A program made the position numbers and the translations under genes. Positions 47,949-57,477 of a DNA stretch of 64,000 nt are shown piece after piece. The notes beneath the pieces were generated by a model, which saw nothing but the letters and a program-made list of their open reading frames with translations, was not told the origin of the DNA and searched no databases. This DNA comes from a virus. The stretch is from the IMG/VR virus record IMGVR_UViG_3300017917_003388, positions 110,695-174,694 of that record; one strand, 5' to 3'. Numbering within the stretch: the first letter of the stretch is position 1; each line of letters begins with the position of its first letter.

Positions 47949-48488
47949 TTATTCAGCTGAAGGCGCTTGTTCTTGTGTTTGAGTTGCAGCTGCTACCGGT
48001 TGTTCTGCTGGTGTTGGTGCTGGTGTTTCCACTTTTACTGCTTTGGGGCGACCACGTTTCACCAATCCTTCTGCACGTTTTGCTTCAAGCTCGGCAAGGC
48101 GTTTTTGACGTGCTGATTCGGTGTTTACAGGGCGACCACGTTTCAATTCACCGTTTGCACGCTTCGCTTCCATTTCAGCCAAACGCTTCTGACGTTCTGA
48201 TTCGGTGTTTACAGGGCGACCACGTTTCAATTCACCGTTTGCACGTTTTGCTTCAAGCTCGGCAAGGTGTTTCTGACGTTCTGATTCAGGGTTCACAGGG
48301 CGTCCCAGTTGTTTTACTTCTTTCACTTCAGCTTGCGGAGCTGATTGTTGAGTTGCTGTTGCTACTTCTTCAGTAGTGGCAGCGGGGGTTGTTTCTGTAG
48401 TTGTTTCTGCAGTTGCAGTTTCAACAATTGGGTTTGCTGATTCAACAGTGGTTTCAGCGATGCGGGCAACTTTACCTGACTTTTTCAT
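47949..48488 (-). CDS. AT-hook repeat DNA-binding protein
   Basis: Three 27-aa repeats GRPVN.ES.RQK.LAE.EAKRA.G..KR containing KRGRP AT-hook cores. Confidence 0.7.
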   Translation of the reverse strand: MKKSGKVARIAETTVESANPIVETATAETTTETTPAATTEEVATATQQSAPQAEVKEVKQLGRPVNPESERQKHLAELEAKRANGELKRGRPVNTESERQKRLAEMEAKRANGELKRGRPVNTESARQKRLAELEAKRAEGLVKRGRPKAVKVETPAPTPAEQPVAAATQTQEQAPSAE

Positions 48489-48587
48489 GGTTTTGTTTTT
48501 GTTAAAGGGTTTGTATTGATTGTTGTTTTTCGTTTTTCTTGTTGATGTAAATATAAAACATGCAACCTTGTAATCCTAATTCTTGGG

Positions 48588-48725
48588 TTATTTAATTTCT
48601 TTAAACCCATCCAACAATGCTACATTATGGTAACCATAACCAGCATTGTACATTGCTTCTAAGATATTTGGACCCTCAACAATTTCAGATGCTTTGTCGA
48701 TCCAATACAAGATGAATTTTTTCAT
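48588..48725 (-). CDS. Small hypothetical (45 aa, not in track)
   Basis: Own translation MKKFILYWIDKASEIVEGPNILEAMYNAGYG...; promoter upstream. Confidence 0.55.
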   Translation of the reverse strand: MKKFILYWIDKASEIVEGPNILEAMYNAGYGYHNVALLDGFKEIK

Positions 48726-48772
48726 GTTTTATTTGTTTTTGTTTTTATTTGTTGATGTGAATATAAAATGGT

Positions 48773-49069
48773 TTAATGTGTAGTCCTAGCCAATGAATTT
48801 AATAAATCTTCCCAACACATTTTATTAACAGCAGTGTTGAAGTCTTTATCATAATTTTTCCAATATTTTTTAATATCATCACGATGAGTACTAACCCAAT
48901 TGTTGATAAACATAATCAACCTAACATTAGACCAAGTTTCAATAGGTGATACATATTATTCTTGAGTAGGGTTTTCACTCATTAGATTTACCTCCATTAA
49001 ATCTATCCATTTACTATCTCGTTCGTATTTGAGATATTCCAACACAGCCATTTTATCAACTTTCAACAT
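48773..49069 (-). pseudogene. Early gene with in-frame TAA at codon 38
   Basis: MLKVDKMAVLEYLKY...PTQE*YVSPIETWS...; frame open on both sides, promoter upstream. Confidence 0.5.
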
Positions 49070-49136
49070 GATGTTATGTTTTTTGTTGATGTAAATATAA
49101 GATTATTTGGTATGTAATCCCAATGGATTATGTTAT

Positions 49137-49367
49137 TTAATCATTATCAAACTCACTCCAATCACCTCCGCTTTCAACAAATCTCCATCCCATATGAATA
49201 AAATCCATTTCACTCATATCATCAATTATACTCTCAAAGAAACTATAAAAATCATTACGTCTAATATTCTTGTTTTTTTCAAATCGAGCATTGAATTTAT
49301 CCAGAATATCAGCTTCACCTTCATAGGTCATTACTAATTCCAAAACAAGATTATAATTAGTTTTCAT
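49137..49367 (-). CDS. Hypothetical early protein
   Basis: ORF behind promoter copy. Confidence 0.55.
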   Translation of the reverse strand: MKTNYNLVLELVMTYEGEADILDKFNARFEKNKNIRRNDFYSFFESIIDDMSEMDFIHMGWRFVESGGDWSEFDND

Positions 49368-49482
49368 GATTGTTTTTTGTTGATGTAAATATAAAATTTA
49401 ACATCTTGAAATCCCACAGAATAAAAAAGGACATCAATTGATGTCCTCTTCCTTATGTATAACCACTATTTAAAACACTATC

Positions 49483-49644
49483 TTAACTAACAGTGATGTT
49501 TTCTAAACATTTTCGTGCTTCGTTTTTTGATACTTTAAACACATCACACAATATTGTTTCATCAATGTCACCGAATGTAGCAACATATTCTACCACAGCA
49601 TTATTCAGGCCTATTTTTTCAGCCAAATTGATCCAATATTTCAT
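49483..49644 (-). CDS. Small hypothetical (53 aa, not in track)
   Basis: Own translation MKYWINLAEKIGLNNAVVEYV...; promoter upstream, terminator at ~49422-49447. Confidence 0.55.
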   Translation of the reverse strand: MKYWINLAEKIGLNNAVVEYVATFGDIDETILCDVFKVSKNEARKCLENITVS

Positions 49645-49697
49645 ATTTGTTTTTTTGGTTGAAGTAAATATAAAATGGTAAAATTTGTAATCCTAAT

Positions 49698-49931
49698 TTA
49701 CCATTTATTTGTTCCTTTGGCTCTGTTCTTTCTGTTTTCTTCCCATTCCTTTATCCAAAATGGGTAATAAACCACAGGAGGAAGTAACCAAATACAAAAC
49801 ATCACTCCATATGTTGTTCTATTAAAATCATTCTCTACCCAATTATCTGGGTTAGGGTCTTGATTAATAATAGCTAAAACAACACATATCACTAAATTAA
49901 TCAAACAAGTCCACTTGAATATCTTTCTCAT
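49698..49931 (-). CDS. Two-TM membrane protein
   Basis: Hydrophobic segments. Confidence 0.5.
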   Translation of the reverse strand: MRKIFKWTCLINLVICVVLAIINQDPNPDNWVENDFNRTTYGVMFCIWLLPPVVYYPFWIKEWEENRKNRAKGTNKW

Positions 49932-50172
49932 TCTTTCTACTCCCCACAGACATACCCTCATATTTCAAAAGTGAATTACAAATGTAGTTCTGAATTTTGA
50001 TTATTGTTTTACAGTTGTTTACGTTTGTGATTATGAGTTGTTTATCAGTTTCCTTAATATCCTTACTATTGACAAAATCAATAATGAATTGTTTTGCTTC
50101 GTCAATATTTTTTATCACAAACACTTTCTCAGCGATTTGTTCAAAAATGGATTTGATCGGATACTTACTCAT
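49897..50172 (-). CDS. Hypothetical phage protein
   Basis: YICNSLLKYEGM C-terminal motif. Confidence 0.55.
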   Translation of the reverse strand: MSKYPIKSIFEQIAEKVFVIKNIDEAKQFIIDFVNSKDIKETDKQLIITNVNNCKTIIKIQNYICNSLLKYEGMSVGSRKNEKDIQVDLFD

Positions 50173-50363
50173 AACTTTTTATTTAAATTAAATATAAGAT
50201 AATAGGTTTTGAAATCCTATTTCTTAAAATACCTACGACACCTAAAGCCCAGTCTCTTAACGAGCTGAGCTTTAAGTTTTTATATTTCGTTTTATCAACG
50301 ACTTCCCCTTACCCTTAATAAATCAACAACAATCTAATAACAAAAACACAGGGGGAATAATAG

Positions 50364-50948
50364 TTAATTATGTTTAATATGATCCATGATTTCATGAATC
50401 GCTCCGTATTCAGGATTTACAAATCCTGTAATAGTTTCTGTGTAAGAATTACAGATAAATATTACAGATGAAACTAAAAATACAATTCCTAAAATAAATA
50501 AAACCACTGAAGCCACACCTAAAGATGTATCTTCCATATCAATATTACGTCTTGATTGTCCGGATCCATCTGGTTTATAACCACATTGGGCTAAGTGAAC
50601 GAAGTATAATTTATTTGCTTTAGTAAACAAAACAATAACGATAATGAGTAAAAACGCCCATAAACCTACGTTTACAATGGATTTCACCACTTGTTGTTTA
50701 ACCAAAATCATATATACATGTTCCACTCCAACCTTCAGTGCTGAACCAATTGCTCCTAAAGCTGACTTAAAATCAGAATAGATCTGTTTGGTTACAGATG
50801 AAGTATCAACTGAATTCAAAGCAGCAGATGTACTGTCTACTACGTTTGAAACTGTTGTTTTGGCTTTATCGATGATAGATTCATCATCAGATGCATTCAC
50901 AAATGTTGAGCTTACAAATAAGCACATCAACAGAAATAACTTTTTCAT
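50364..50948 (-). CDS. Membrane protein
   Basis: Signal peptide, EHVY.ILVKQ, two TMs, NPEYGAI. Confidence 0.6.
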   Translation of the reverse strand: MKKLFLLMCLFVSSTFVNASDDESIIDKAKTTVSNVVDSTSAALNSVDTSSVTKQIYSDFKSALGAIGSALKVGVEHVYMILVKQQVVKSIVNVGLWAFLLIIVIVLFTKANKLYFVHLAQCGYKPDGSGQSRRNIDMEDTSLGVASVVLFILGIVFLVSSVIFICNSYTETITGFVNPEYGAIHEIMDHIKHN

Positions 50949-50979
50949 TTGGATTTGGATTTGGATTTATGTTTGTTTA

Positions 50980-51264
50980 TTAATCAAGAAGATCACCATC
51001 AGTTAAATCACCCAAGATACCTCCAATCATACTTCCTCCAACCAACCCTCCTAGGATTGCTGAGTCAGTAACAGCACCAACAACAGCTGAAACACCAAGA
51101 CCTACAATGTCAATTCCATCTTCCTCAATATCATCGCGAAAGCGACTTGATGAATGATGTGACCCACGTGCCACTTCGTAATTACGACGAGCACTGTAAC
51201 TCAAATCAGAATAAGTAGAAGATGAAATCAATTCACCAGTGTGGATGTTGCGATATACTATCAT
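50980..51264 (-). CDS. Glycine-zipper protein
   Basis: GxxxG repeats at C-terminus; start MIVYRN after tRNA. Confidence 0.55.
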   Translation of the reverse strand: MIVYRNIHTGELISSSTYSDLSYSARRNYEVARGSHHSSSRFRDDIEEDGIDIVGLGVSAVVGAVTDSAILGGLVGGSMIGGILGDLTDGDLLD

Positions 51265-51281
51265 TTTGTTTTTTATTTTTG

Positions 51282-51356
51282 TAGTCAGGGTGAGGATCGA
51301 ACTCACACATCTCCACCTTATAAGAGTGGCGCCGTCACCAATTTAGCTACCTGACC
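51282..51356 (-). tRNA. tRNA-Ile(UAU)
   Basis: CCACT-CTTATAA-GGTGG, A73. Confidence 0.85.
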
Positions 51357-51365
51357 ATATTTTTG

Positions 51366-51439
51366 TGATCCCGACAGGATTCGAACCTGTGACCCACAGC
51401 TTAGAAGGCTGTTGCTCTATCCAGCTGAGCTACGGGACC
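51366..51439 (-). tRNA. tRNA-Arg(UCU)
   Basis: Canonical cloverleaf, loop CTTCTAA. Confidence 0.93.
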
Positions 51440-51600
51440 TTATTTTTTTTCTTTATTGTAAATATAAGATTAAAGATTTTGAAATCCCAATTCTTTATTC
51501 AAATCTAATGTTACAGTAAGATAACCAGTCAAGATAATATTTGTTTCTACTATTTAATACATGTGTAGTAAAATAGCATGTCAAATAATTATTTAACTAG

Positions 51601-51869
51601 TTTTTTCATATCGTTAACTCACATCGTCTTGCTATACCATCGGTCTCACATCTATTTGCTCATCCAGTTGTGTCGGCTGGCGGCGTGATGATTTTGCCAA
51701 TCAAAAAACCCAGTTGTGTCGGCTGGGGGCATTAATGCTTTTGTTACCAGTAATGTGTAAAGAACTTCACTACTCATGATGATTTCTATACTTGGTGTTA
51801 CATCTATCCAGAATCCCAAAGAAACCCCATTTTGGTGTTCAGTTATACATATGTGGAAGATATGAAAAA
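51601..51869 (-). ncRNA. Candidate ~270-nt structured RNA with duplicated hairpin
   Basis: 11-bp terminal inverted repeat; 17-nt direct repeat; boxA-like element just upstream. Confidence 0.5.
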
Positions 51870-52100
51870 TTCAAAGAACGAGAAACTACTTTTTTCAGCT
51901 AATTCAATTAAAACAAACGTTTTAACTGCTCTAACTTAAAGTAAATATAAGAACATGATTTTTGTATGCTAAGTTATTTAACATACATTTTATGTTTTTT
52001 TCTCGATTTATTTTTAAACCACTCAAGCCAACTTACCAATGTGTTGTAATTTGATAATACTGAATTTTTACTCATGACGTGAATTTTATTGTTTTGTTAG

Positions 52101-52174
52101 TGCTTCGTCTTGGACTCGAACCAAGGACCCTCTGATTATGAGTCAGGCGCTCTAACCAACTGAGCTAAAGAAGC
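52101..52174 (-). tRNA. tRNA-CAU (Ile2-like or elongator Met)
   Basis: TAGCTCAGTTGGTTAGAGC, CTGA-CTCATAA-TCAG. Confidence 0.85.
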
Positions 52175-52183
52175 ATCATTTTG

Positions 52184-52267
52184 TACCCGGGGCGGGACTC
52201 GAACCCGCACGCCCAAATGGGCAAGGGATTTTAAGTCCCTCGTGTCTACCAATTCCACCACCCAGGC
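52184..52267 (-). tRNA. tRNA-Leu(UAA)
   Basis: Canonical class II cloverleaf, loop CTTAAAA. Confidence 0.93.
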
Positions 52268-52272
52268 TTGGG

Positions 52273-52776
52273 TTATTTTCTTTTTTGCTGGAATAATTTG
52301 TTGATTATTTGTCTTTGACTTGAATTGGCATCATTAAGCATTGCATCAACAAATTCCATTTCAAATCTCACCATCCCATATTTTAAAACATGTGTACCAT
52401 ATTCTTTAATAATATTGTTTTGCCATCTTTCACAAGCTACACTAATGTATCTTGAAAAAGTAACCACATCAACTAAATTATATAATTCGGGATGATTTAA
52501 CATCTCGTTGATTTTATTGATTACTTTCTCCAAATCCTCCAATGATTTTGTTTCAGGAAAATCACCATCAGTTGGATAACCTACGATAGATTCAACAAAT
52601 TGGTGTTTCTTATCTGTACCAAATCCTAAAGCTGATAAAATATTCGAGTTATGACCACCTCCTTTATTTTGTAGGTAATATTTTCCACACGAATCATCTA
52701 CAACATATTGTGGGAAGGTAAATTTATTATTAGAAAAATCAATGATTTGACCTAAAGTGATTGTTGGATTAAACAT
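52273..52776 (-). CDS. Member of modular paralog family (AC..W domain)
   Basis: VACERW...EFVDAML..ANSSQ..II.K.F. Confidence 0.55.
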   Translation of the reverse strand: MFNPTITLGQIIDFSNNKFTFPQYVVDDSCGKYYLQNKGGGHNSNILSALGFGTDKKHQFVESIVGYPTDGDFPETKSLEDLEKVINKINEMLNHPELYNLVDVVTFSRYISVACERWQNNIIKEYGTHVLKYGMVRFEMEFVDAMLNDANSSQRQIINKLFQQKRK

Positions 52777-52838
52777 GGGGTTTTGTTTTTCTTGTTGATG
52801 TAAATATAAGATTAAAGATCTTGAAATCCTAACAATCT

Positions 52839-53453
52839 CTAACAATCTAATAATTTCTTTATTTCTTTATTATCTTCGATCCAATTTAATATTTGGCTAA
52901 GTATACTATATGGAGCAAAAGTAAGAAGATCAGACTTTCTCCCCACACCCAAGTATAGATCCTTATCATTCATAATTTTAAAAGTTTCAACGATATGTTT
53001 AAACTCATCTAATGAAAACTCACGACACCCCCAATTGATGGTTTCTGATTCACTATCAAAATTCACATCGTATCCTTCAATTGTGAGTTTGGGGAATGGA
53101 TATTGAGGTCTAAAGAATTCGGGACCAAACATGTTTTCATCTTGAAATGGTGCTTTGAAGATTTGACCTTTCTCAACACCAGGATATGATTTGATGCAAA
53201 TGTATGATGTGGCGAGATATGGGGTAACATCTGAAATATGGAAAAAATCACCACCACCATCCTCATTAACATTATCTAGTGTTAATGATTCAGGTCCTTC
53301 TTCACCCCAACCCACTACATATAGAAAATTTTGATTATCTCGTTGTGCTCTTTTCCATACAGATGACTCACCCAATGAACTATAAATTGATTTAGAATGT
53401 GGGATAACTTTCATTCCTAAATAGAAACCAGAGGGGGGTGTTGTTTTTTTCAT
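52839..53453 (-). CDS. Hypothetical protein
   Basis: ORF behind promoter copy at 53474. Confidence 0.55.
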   Translation of the reverse strand: MKKTTPPSGFYLGMKVIPHSKSIYSSLGESSVWKRAQRDNQNFLYVVGWGEEGPESLTLDNVNEDGGGDFFHISDVTPYLATSYICIKSYPGVEKGQIFKAPFQDENMFGPEFFRPQYPFPKLTIEGYDVNFDSESETINWGCREFSLDEFKHIVETFKIMNDKDLYLGVGRKSDLLTFAPYSILSQILNWIEDNKEIKKLLDC

Positions 53454-53599
53454 TTTTCTTTTTTTCTTTATTGTAAATATAAAATTTAAGATTTTGAAAT
53501 CCTAATTTCTTAAAAAGAATGTGAGTTAATTGGGTTTTTTGTGGGTGGCTTTGTCACAGTATATATTTTATATACGCAAAAAGAACGTGGAAGGACGGA

Positions 53600-53960
53600 A
53601 CATGGTTGCGATCCCACCACCTCTCACCACCCTATTACCCTACCAACTTGTCACATACAATCACACATGTTGTATTATTATTATATTATTATTTTTTACC
53701 CTACCAATACCCTACCAACAACACCTCCGATAACACATCCGACAACATATTTAACAATACATCCAACAACACATCTAATAACACACTCATGTTTACGTAT
53801 GTTTACATGTATTTACATGTATTCAGATATACCCACATGTGTTTATATGTATTTACATGTGTTTACATGTGTTTTTATTTTATGTTTATTCTGAAATTGT
53901 ATTTATATCTTGGGTCTTTTTTTATGTGTTTATCATCTATTTATCACACATTGTAATATT
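53600..53960. repeat. Low-complexity region: imperfect 12-nt AACACATC(C/T)(A/G)AC-type repeats and ACATGT(G/A)TTT repeats
   Basis: Visible repeats with an abrupt C/A-rich to T/G-rich switch near 53790. Confidence 0.65.
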
Positions 53961-54007
53961 GGTGTTTGTCACCCGTTGATACATTGTGAGGTTGGTGGGT
54001 TTGTATA

Positions 54008-54478
54008 TTAATCATCCCATCCTGCTCCCATACAATAACCTGATTTGCCAGTCCATTTTGTACCATCTGGTTCAATTAATTCAAGGTTTACTGCTTCTGG
54101 GTCGTATGATGGATATGCTTTGAATTTGTATCCATTTAATTCGCCTTCGATTCCTTCTTCCGAATCATACCAAAACCATTCATCAGTTCCAGCGTTGTCT
54201 CCTTTTTGGTAGGGTTTATTATCAATAACTTCTCCTTCCCAATATATTATAGGGTATGATTTATAACCGCATAATCGAAAAGGACCATTACCAAGAGAAG
54301 CATGAGTGCAGTGTAATTTGGCTTTTGTACCGACTCTTGTACCATCTTCATTATTGCCTCCAAATGCTTGCCAATAACCAGCTTGTAGTTCATCTTCTTG
54401 ATATGGGGTATTATCTTCTCTGTTTGTTTGGCGCTCTCCATTTTTATAAACGTATGCACCCCAATTTCCGTAAGCCAT
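54008..54478 (-). CDS. Hypothetical phage protein
   Basis: MAYGNWGA.VYKNGER; GYCMGAG. Confidence 0.6.
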   Translation of the reverse strand: MAYGNWGAYVYKNGERQTNREDNTPYQEDELQAGYWQAFGGNNEDGTRVGTKAKLHCTHASLGNGPFRLCGYKSYPIIYWEGEVIDNKPYQKGDNAGTDEWFWYDSEEGIEGELNGYKFKAYPSYDPEAVNLELIEPDGTKWTGKSGYCMGAGWDD

Positions 54479-54489
54479 TTATGTTTTTT

Positions 54490-54819
54490 TTATTGATTAT
54501 ATAATTCGTTTCTAACTTGAATGAATGATGATTCAGGAATTAAATACCTGATGATGAATAATTGGTTACGTCCGTATGTTTGGATACTTACTACTTCATG
54601 TTCAACACATCCATATTTGTGGAGAATTGCTTCTGTTTTTTTATGGGTTTTGGTAACAAATGTCACTTCGGATAACACATAATTTTTACCATCAATATTG
54701 TGTTTTATTTGTTCAAGTGGTAAATTATTTTGATATAAAGTGTTAGGTGTAGAATTACTAGAATATATTAAGATATAACCCAATAATATAAGTAGTAAGA
54801 AAATAACTAGAATTTCCAT
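54490..54819 (-). CDS. Membrane-anchored hypothetical
   Basis: N-terminal TM. Confidence 0.5.
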   Translation of the reverse strand: MEILVIFLLLILLGYILIYSSNSTPNTLYQNNLPLEQIKHNIDGKNYVLSEVTFVTKTHKKTEAILHKYGCVEHEVVSIQTYGRNQLFIIRYLIPESSFIQVRNELYNQ

Positions 54820-54821
54820 TA

Positions 54822-55547
54822 TTATTTGGTTTTAATTTCTATATTAATTAGTTCAACCTCAATATCAAGTTGAGAGGTAAATGTTACTGTAGGATCAGTG
54901 ATTGAAATAAATCCATCTCCTGTTCTTAAAATGGTATGTCCATTTTCAGGATGTCTTGCTTGAGTAATAATAGCGTATTGTCCCACACTCATGCTTGAAG
55001 ATCTTTGAATTTGGTTAATACAGTTATGGTTGGTGAAAATTTTCGATATTACAGATTCTTGTCTCGAAGTAGAACTTTTCATCATGAGATCAACAAAATG
55101 TTGGGTAACATATGCTGTATCAGATAATATCAATTGTATTCCAATAATATCATGAATGTATTTTTCCCATTCTGAACAGGTATATTTTATAGATGCAACA
55201 TATGTTTGACGATCAATTACATATATTGGATGTGGTTTTGATAAGTTTGATTCTATAAAATCAAACAAATATTTAAGGTTGTGTTTCCCTTCAATTTCAG
55301 GGAAATCCCCGGCATATACATTAGTACCAAATGGTAATATTTGTTTAATTAATGAAATTCTAGCTAGGTTAGTTAATGGTGTTTTATTTATTATTCCTCT
55401 CAACCCAAATATATCTATCATTATTTCAAAATTACACCCAGATCCTTTATTATATAAATAAAAAGCATTATCAATATTATCACTAGTTATATAGGTGTAT
55501 TTTGGATATTTGGATGAAATTTTGGAGTTAAGAATAGTACTTTCCAT
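54822..55547 (-). CDS. Member of modular paralog family
   Basis: GDFPE N-module, TCSEW middle module, VGQY..ILRT.DGF.SIT.P C-module. Confidence 0.55.
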   Translation of the reverse strand: MESTILNSKISSKYPKYTYITSDNIDNAFYLYNKGSGCNFEIMIDIFGLRGIINKTPLTNLARISLIKQILPFGTNVYAGDFPEIEGKHNLKYLFDFIESNLSKPHPIYVIDRQTYVASIKYTCSEWEKYIHDIIGIQLILSDTAYVTQHFVDLMMKSSTSRQESVISKIFTNHNCINQIQRSSSMSVGQYAIITQARHPENGHTILRTGDGFISITDPTVTFTSQLDIEVELINIEIKTK

Positions 55548-55689
55548 ATTGGGGTTTATTTGTATTTTTGTAAAAAAGATTTTTATTATTCTATAATTGT
55601 TATTTCATAATTTATTGGTTCAATTTCAAAATCAGCATCACTATCCCAAGCCATTTCCATATCCTTTAAATTAACAAATATGTGTCATT

Positions 55690-55971
55690 TTAAGGCGACA
55701 CATAGTAAGGATTACTAAATAATTTAATTGAACTTTCTGCATATAGGTTAAACTTACTACCATTTACCCAATAAATAGCGTGTTTTACACTAACCATATC
55801 TGCAGAATCACACTCTATTCTTGCGGAACTTGTCCAGTTATTATCATCTGTTTTTGTTATTATATAAGCACGAGTTGGCTTCGGTTCTGAATTGCACGAA
55901 GAAAAAACGGCATATAACAACAAACTTGCAAAAGCAATGGTGTATCGGTTAAATTGAAATTTGTTTTTCAT
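55690..55971 (-). CDS. Putative lipoprotein
   Basis: Lipobox-like VFSSC. Confidence 0.5.
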   Translation of the reverse strand: MKNKFQFNRYTIAFASLLLYAVFSSCNSEPKPTRAYIITKTDDNNWTSSARIECDSADMVSVKHAIYWVNGSKFNLYAESSIKLFSNPYYVSP

Positions 55972-56042
55972 TTTGAAATTTGTTTTAAATTGAAATTTTC
56001 GTATTCCAAAGTCGGCAACGAACGCCAACCGTTCATAGAAAA

Positions 56043-56294
56043 TTAATTACAAATAGTTGCTTTACAAAATAACAATGAATCATATTCACTATACATGTCA
56101 TTCAACATTCCAGTTAATACTGAAATTGAATTTAATGTTTCATGATTTGGTTCAATGATACCTATATATTCATCTAAATATTTTTCATATTGTTGGATTT
56201 TGTGTTCTAATTTGAGTAAATTTACATCCAAATCTCTCCATGGTTGGAAATTAAATGGGTGAATTAAAGTTTGGGGATTAGAATTAACATCCAT
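56043..56294 (-). CDS. Hypothetical protein
   Basis: ORF behind promoter copy at 56317. Confidence 0.5.
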   Translation of the reverse strand: MDVNSNPQTLIHPFNFQPWRDLDVNLLKLEHKIQQYEKYLDEYIGIIEPNHETLNSISVLTGMLNDMYSEYDSLLFCKATICN

Positions 56295-56358
56295 TTTGTT
56301 ATTTTTTTAGGTTATTCAAATATAAGATTAAAGATTTTGAAATCCTAAAAAATAATTT

Positions 56359-56808
56359 TTAAATATTCAATGGTGCTAAATCGCATTTTGGTTGATAATA
56401 TTGCATTCCTCCCATACTATCCCATCTAACTAATATAACATATTGGGAATTAGGTGAAATTGTATCATTTATTATAACTCCTATACTACCTTTTCTAACA
56501 AACATGTCATGATTTCCTACCTTAATGACTTTAGTTCCAATTTCTACTATACATTTTTCAGTAAATGGTTGATAATCAGAATAATCTGGTTTTCCTTCAC
56601 GACTTTTAATAATCCACCCATCACTGCCTCTTAAATGACTACATTTTTCTTCTAAACAAAAATTTTCTATATTAAAATCATTAATTATGTTAAATGTTGA
56701 TTTATACCCTTGTGAAAATTCTGTATTAAACGTCTTATATTCTTGAAATTGAGTAAATATATCTGATTTAGAATCAGGATATATAACTACTGTAGGTAAA
56801 TGATTCAT
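56359..56808 (-). CDS. Hypothetical protein
   Basis: C-terminal SH3-like pattern. Confidence 0.5.
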   Translation of the reverse strand: MNHLPTVVIYPDSKSDIFTQFQEYKTFNTEFSQGYKSTFNIINDFNIENFCLEEKCSHLRGSDGWIIKSREGKPDYSDYQPFTEKCIVEIGTKVIKVGNHDMFVRKGSIGVIINDTISPNSQYVILVRWDSMGGMQYYQPKCDLAPLNI

Positions 56809-56816
56809 ATTTTATT

Positions 56817-57458
56817 TTATTTAGTTGTTTCTTTTTTTATTCCATTGATGTTTTTTACTCCATCATTTACAATACAATTCGTAGTTAAATTAATGTACCC
56901 ATTTTGTAAACGCATGTATTCTTGTTTTGAAGTATTACAAATTAATTTTTCTCCAACTTCTAGTTGAGTTAAATTTATGGTATTATGTTCATCTAATATT
57001 TTACTAATGAATTCTTTTTGTAAAGAACTGGACGCATGTCTCATTAATTCATTGAGAAAATATATTTCAACATTTATTTTATCATATATAGCTAGTTGTT
57101 TAGCATATTTGTCTAATAGTTTTTCTTTCCATGTTGAACATGCTAATTCATATCCTTCAATAAATTTTTTTCGACTAATAATAACATAATTAAGTTTTAT
57201 GTTAAATGCTTCCTGAAATGTATCAAAATCAATTTCAGTATAATTTTTAAATTTATCATCTTCTAGTGGAGAATTACGACTACCATAGTAATATGAACCA
57301 TCAGGATGGTATGAAAGTAAATATTCTCCTACTCCCATACATGTAGGATCAACATAATTAACAGCATATTTTAACCTCCATTCACTTAAGTATGGACGAT
57401 TTTCTTCTGTAACTTTAATGAACCAATATTCGGGTAAAATTGACGATTGTTTTGACAT
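56817..57458 (-). CDS. Member of modular paralog family
   Basis: LPEYWFIKVTEENRPYLSEWRL; LACSTW. Confidence 0.6.
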   Translation of the reverse strand: MSKQSSILPEYWFIKVTEENRPYLSEWRLKYAVNYVDPTCMGVGEYLLSYHPDGSYYYGSRNSPLEDDKFKNYTEIDFDTFQEAFNIKLNYVIISRKKFIEGYELACSTWKEKLLDKYAKQLAIYDKINVEIYFLNELMRHASSSLQKEFISKILDEHNTINLTQLEVGEKLICNTSKQEYMRLQNGYINLTTNCIVNDGVKNINGIKKETTK

Positions 57459-57477
57459 AATATTATTTTTATGAATG

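Larger units (their letters stand above)
47148..50220 (-). promoter_or_regulatory. Cluster of repeated early promoters (at ~47148, 47433, 47740, 47877, 48548, 48759, 49092, 49386, 49665, 50189)
   Basis: Consensus TTAGGATT(T/A)CA-N14-TATATT(T/C)ACATCAAC upstream of nearly every small gene; further copies at ~51459, 51942, 52801, 53474, 56317. Confidence 0.8.

Noticed and set aside
21279-48958. Stop-codon reassignment (alternative genetic code)
   Set aside because: Only two in-frame stops of different types (TGA, TAA); long genes are intact in code 11, TAG and TGA end normal genes, and no suppressor tRNA was seen.
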